Virus record (IMG/VR): IMGVR_UViG_2853092212_000004
DNA from: an uncultured virus (IMG/VR IMGVR_UViG_2853092212_000004)
Taxonomy: Duplodnaviria > Heunggongvirae > Uroviricota > Caudoviricetes
Strand: one strand, 5' to 3'
Length of the DNA stretch: 64,000 nucleotides
Shown here: piece by piece, positions 62,511 through 64,000 of the stretch
How positions within the stretch are numbered: the stretch's first letter is position 1
Layout of the letters: each line of letters begins with the position of its first letter
Notes under the pieces: generated by a model
What the model saw: only the letters and a program-made list of their open reading frames with translations
Databases searched by the model: none
What the model was told of the DNA's origin: nothing
Translations under genes and position numbers: made by a program

Positions 62511-62960
62511 ATGGTTGATTATAGAAAGAAGGTTCGAAGCCTCGTAAAAAAATACAAAACTAGAGACCCATATACCATAGCTAAGGGAGAGCGTATTGAA
62601 GTTAAATATAAATATCTATCTGCTAGTTCTCCTAAAGGCATATTCAAAAAGGTATTGAGAAAAAAATATATTGTGATAAATATGACTAGGATTATTGATG
62701 ATTTTGATTTAAATGTAGTTTTGGCACATGAATTAGGACATGCTGTAAGACATTCTAGCAATGCAACTTTTTTTCTGCATGATCATACTTTTTATAATCG
62801 TGGAAAGTTTGAAATAGAAGCAAATGAGTTCGCTGCTGAATTACTAATTGATGAAAAGAAAATTGATAAAATATATTTGATGAACTGTTCAATTGAACAA
62901 CTGGCATATGTTTATGCAGTTCCTGCTGAATTAATATCATATAAATTTAAAAACAAATAA
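62511..62960 (+). CDS. ImmA/IrrE-family metallopeptidase (antirepressor)
   Basis: AHELGH, EIEANEFAAELL. Confidence 0.92.
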   Translation: MVDYRKKVRSLVKKYKTRDPYTIAKGERIEVKYKYLSASSPKGIFKKVLRKKYIVINMTRIIDDFDLNVVLAHELGHAVRHSSNATFFLHDHTFYNRGKFEIEANEFAAELLIDEKKIDKIYLMNCSIEQLAYVYAVPAELISYKFKNK

Positions 62961-62974
62961 AGGGGATTGAAATT

Positions 62975-63889
62975 ATGAGTGACTATGAAAAAATGGAATT
63001 TAGAAAATACACAGGAAAAGCTGAAAGAGATAAATATTTAAACATACTAAAAGGTATATTAAGTGGAATTTCTATTGATGAAGAAATTGGTCAAAAAGAA
63101 ATTGATGAACTTAGTAATTGGTGTTCTTTATTAGGTGAATATTCCGACAAAACACCATTTAATGAACTTTTACCTATTATATCTGATGCGCTGTCTGATA
63201 ATATTCTTACACCTGAAGAAATAGAAGATATAAACTGGGTAATTGATAATTTTATATCTAAAAAGAGAAATAATTATTATGACCCCATTACGCATGGATT
63301 ACAAAATCTCCAAGGATTGCTTCATGGTATATTTGCAGATAACTATATTACTGATGATGAAATTAAATTATTAAAAAAATGGATAAATAAGAATGATTAT
63401 TTAATAGGTTATTATCCTTATGATGAAATATCTACTCTTCTAACATCGATTTTGAGTGATGGAATCATTACTGATGATGAAAGAAATATTTTAAAAGTAT
63501 ATTTTTCTGAATTTATAGATAAAGATAGCTCTATTGAAATTGATTTTAAAGAAATAGAACAATTAAAAAATGATTATACAATTGAAGGTATATGTTCTGT
63601 ATGTCCTGAAATTAATTTTGAAGATAAGACATTTTGCTTTACTGGTGCGTCTACTAAAGCAACAAGAAAAGACTTTGAAACCCTAATTCCTTCTTTGGGA
63701 GGACTATTTTCAAATTCAGTTACCAAAAAGACAGATTATCTTATAATAGGTGACAACGGGAATACTTGTTGGGCTTATTCTTGCTATGGACGAAAGGTTG
63801 AACAAGCCATAAGTCAAAGAAAAAAAGGACAAAAAATAATAATACTTCATGAAAATGATTTTTGGGATGCTGTTGAAGATAATAAATAA
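62975..63889 (+). CDS. Protein with duplicated TerB-like helical unit and C-terminal BRCT domain
   Basis: Repeat LxGxLxGIxxD..I..EI..L..W; FCFTG..LGG..VTKKTDYLIIG..KVEQA. Confidence 0.8.
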   Translation: MSDYEKMEFRKYTGKAERDKYLNILKGILSGISIDEEIGQKEIDELSNWCSLLGEYSDKTPFNELLPIISDALSDNILTPEEIEDINWVIDNFISKKRNNYYDPITHGLQNLQGLLHGIFADNYITDDEIKLLKKWINKNDYLIGYYPYDEISTLLTSILSDGIITDDERNILKVYFSEFIDKDSSIEIDFKEIEQLKNDYTIEGICSVCPEINFEDKTFCFTGASTKATRKDFETLIPSLGGLFSNSVTKKTDYLIIGDNGNTCWAYSCYGRKVEQAISQRKKGQKIIILHENDFWDAVEDNK

Positions 63890-63973
63890 TGGTGTTCGTG
63901 ATGAACACCACATAATATAAAATAATATGCACATACTATATGTACTATTATTTAACTAAAGGAGATGTTAATA

Positions 63974-64000
63974 ATGGCAGATAATAATGAGATTTTTGAT
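63974..64000 (+). CDS. Start of next ORF (truncated by window)
   Basis: AAGGAG SD, MADNNEIFD. Confidence 0.5.

Larger units (their letters stand above)
27007..64000. mobile_element. Prophage, myovirus-type, probably defective; continues beyond window
   Basis: Ordered lysis, tail, head, packaging, replication and immunity modules. Confidence 0.95.

Noticed and set aside
1..64000. CRISPR array, reverse transcriptase/DGR, rRNA or complete tRNA
   Set aside because: No repeat-spacer pattern, RT motif or full RNA gene seen

Overview
AT-rich clostridial DNA; the choline-binding repeats suggest the C. beijerinckii group (inference). Two mobile elements sit back to back. (1) About 311-26960 is an integrative island organised like a staphylococcal ccrC-type SCC element. 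It has family-A DNA polymerase / small protein / D5-SF3 helicase / large serine recombinase, an XRE switch, DUF960, RadC, YdbC, a type I R-M system whose hsdM is split by IS630, and a methylase-TRD fusion. (2) 27007->64000 is a temperate myovirus-type prophage with an HK97-like head, Xkd-like contractile tail, ParA/ParB/DnaD-type replication genes and a cI/cro/ImmA switch. Its left junction is a displaced tmRNA-like 3' end that runs into a start-less reading frame resembling an integrase C-terminal tail. Five IS copies are present (three IS630, one of them partial; IS1182; IS1380), with ends and target duplications visible for the four complete ones; two disrupt virion genes. Top leads: the proofreading PolA-MP-helicase module lacking a canonical primase, a three-gene PIN moron behind a perfect 53-bp palindrome, the split-integrase att site, a dispersed 19-bp parS-like palindrome, and paired GGTAT-N5-ATACC operators in front of the methylase-TRD gene. 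All product calls are from motif recognition by eye; no searches were run.
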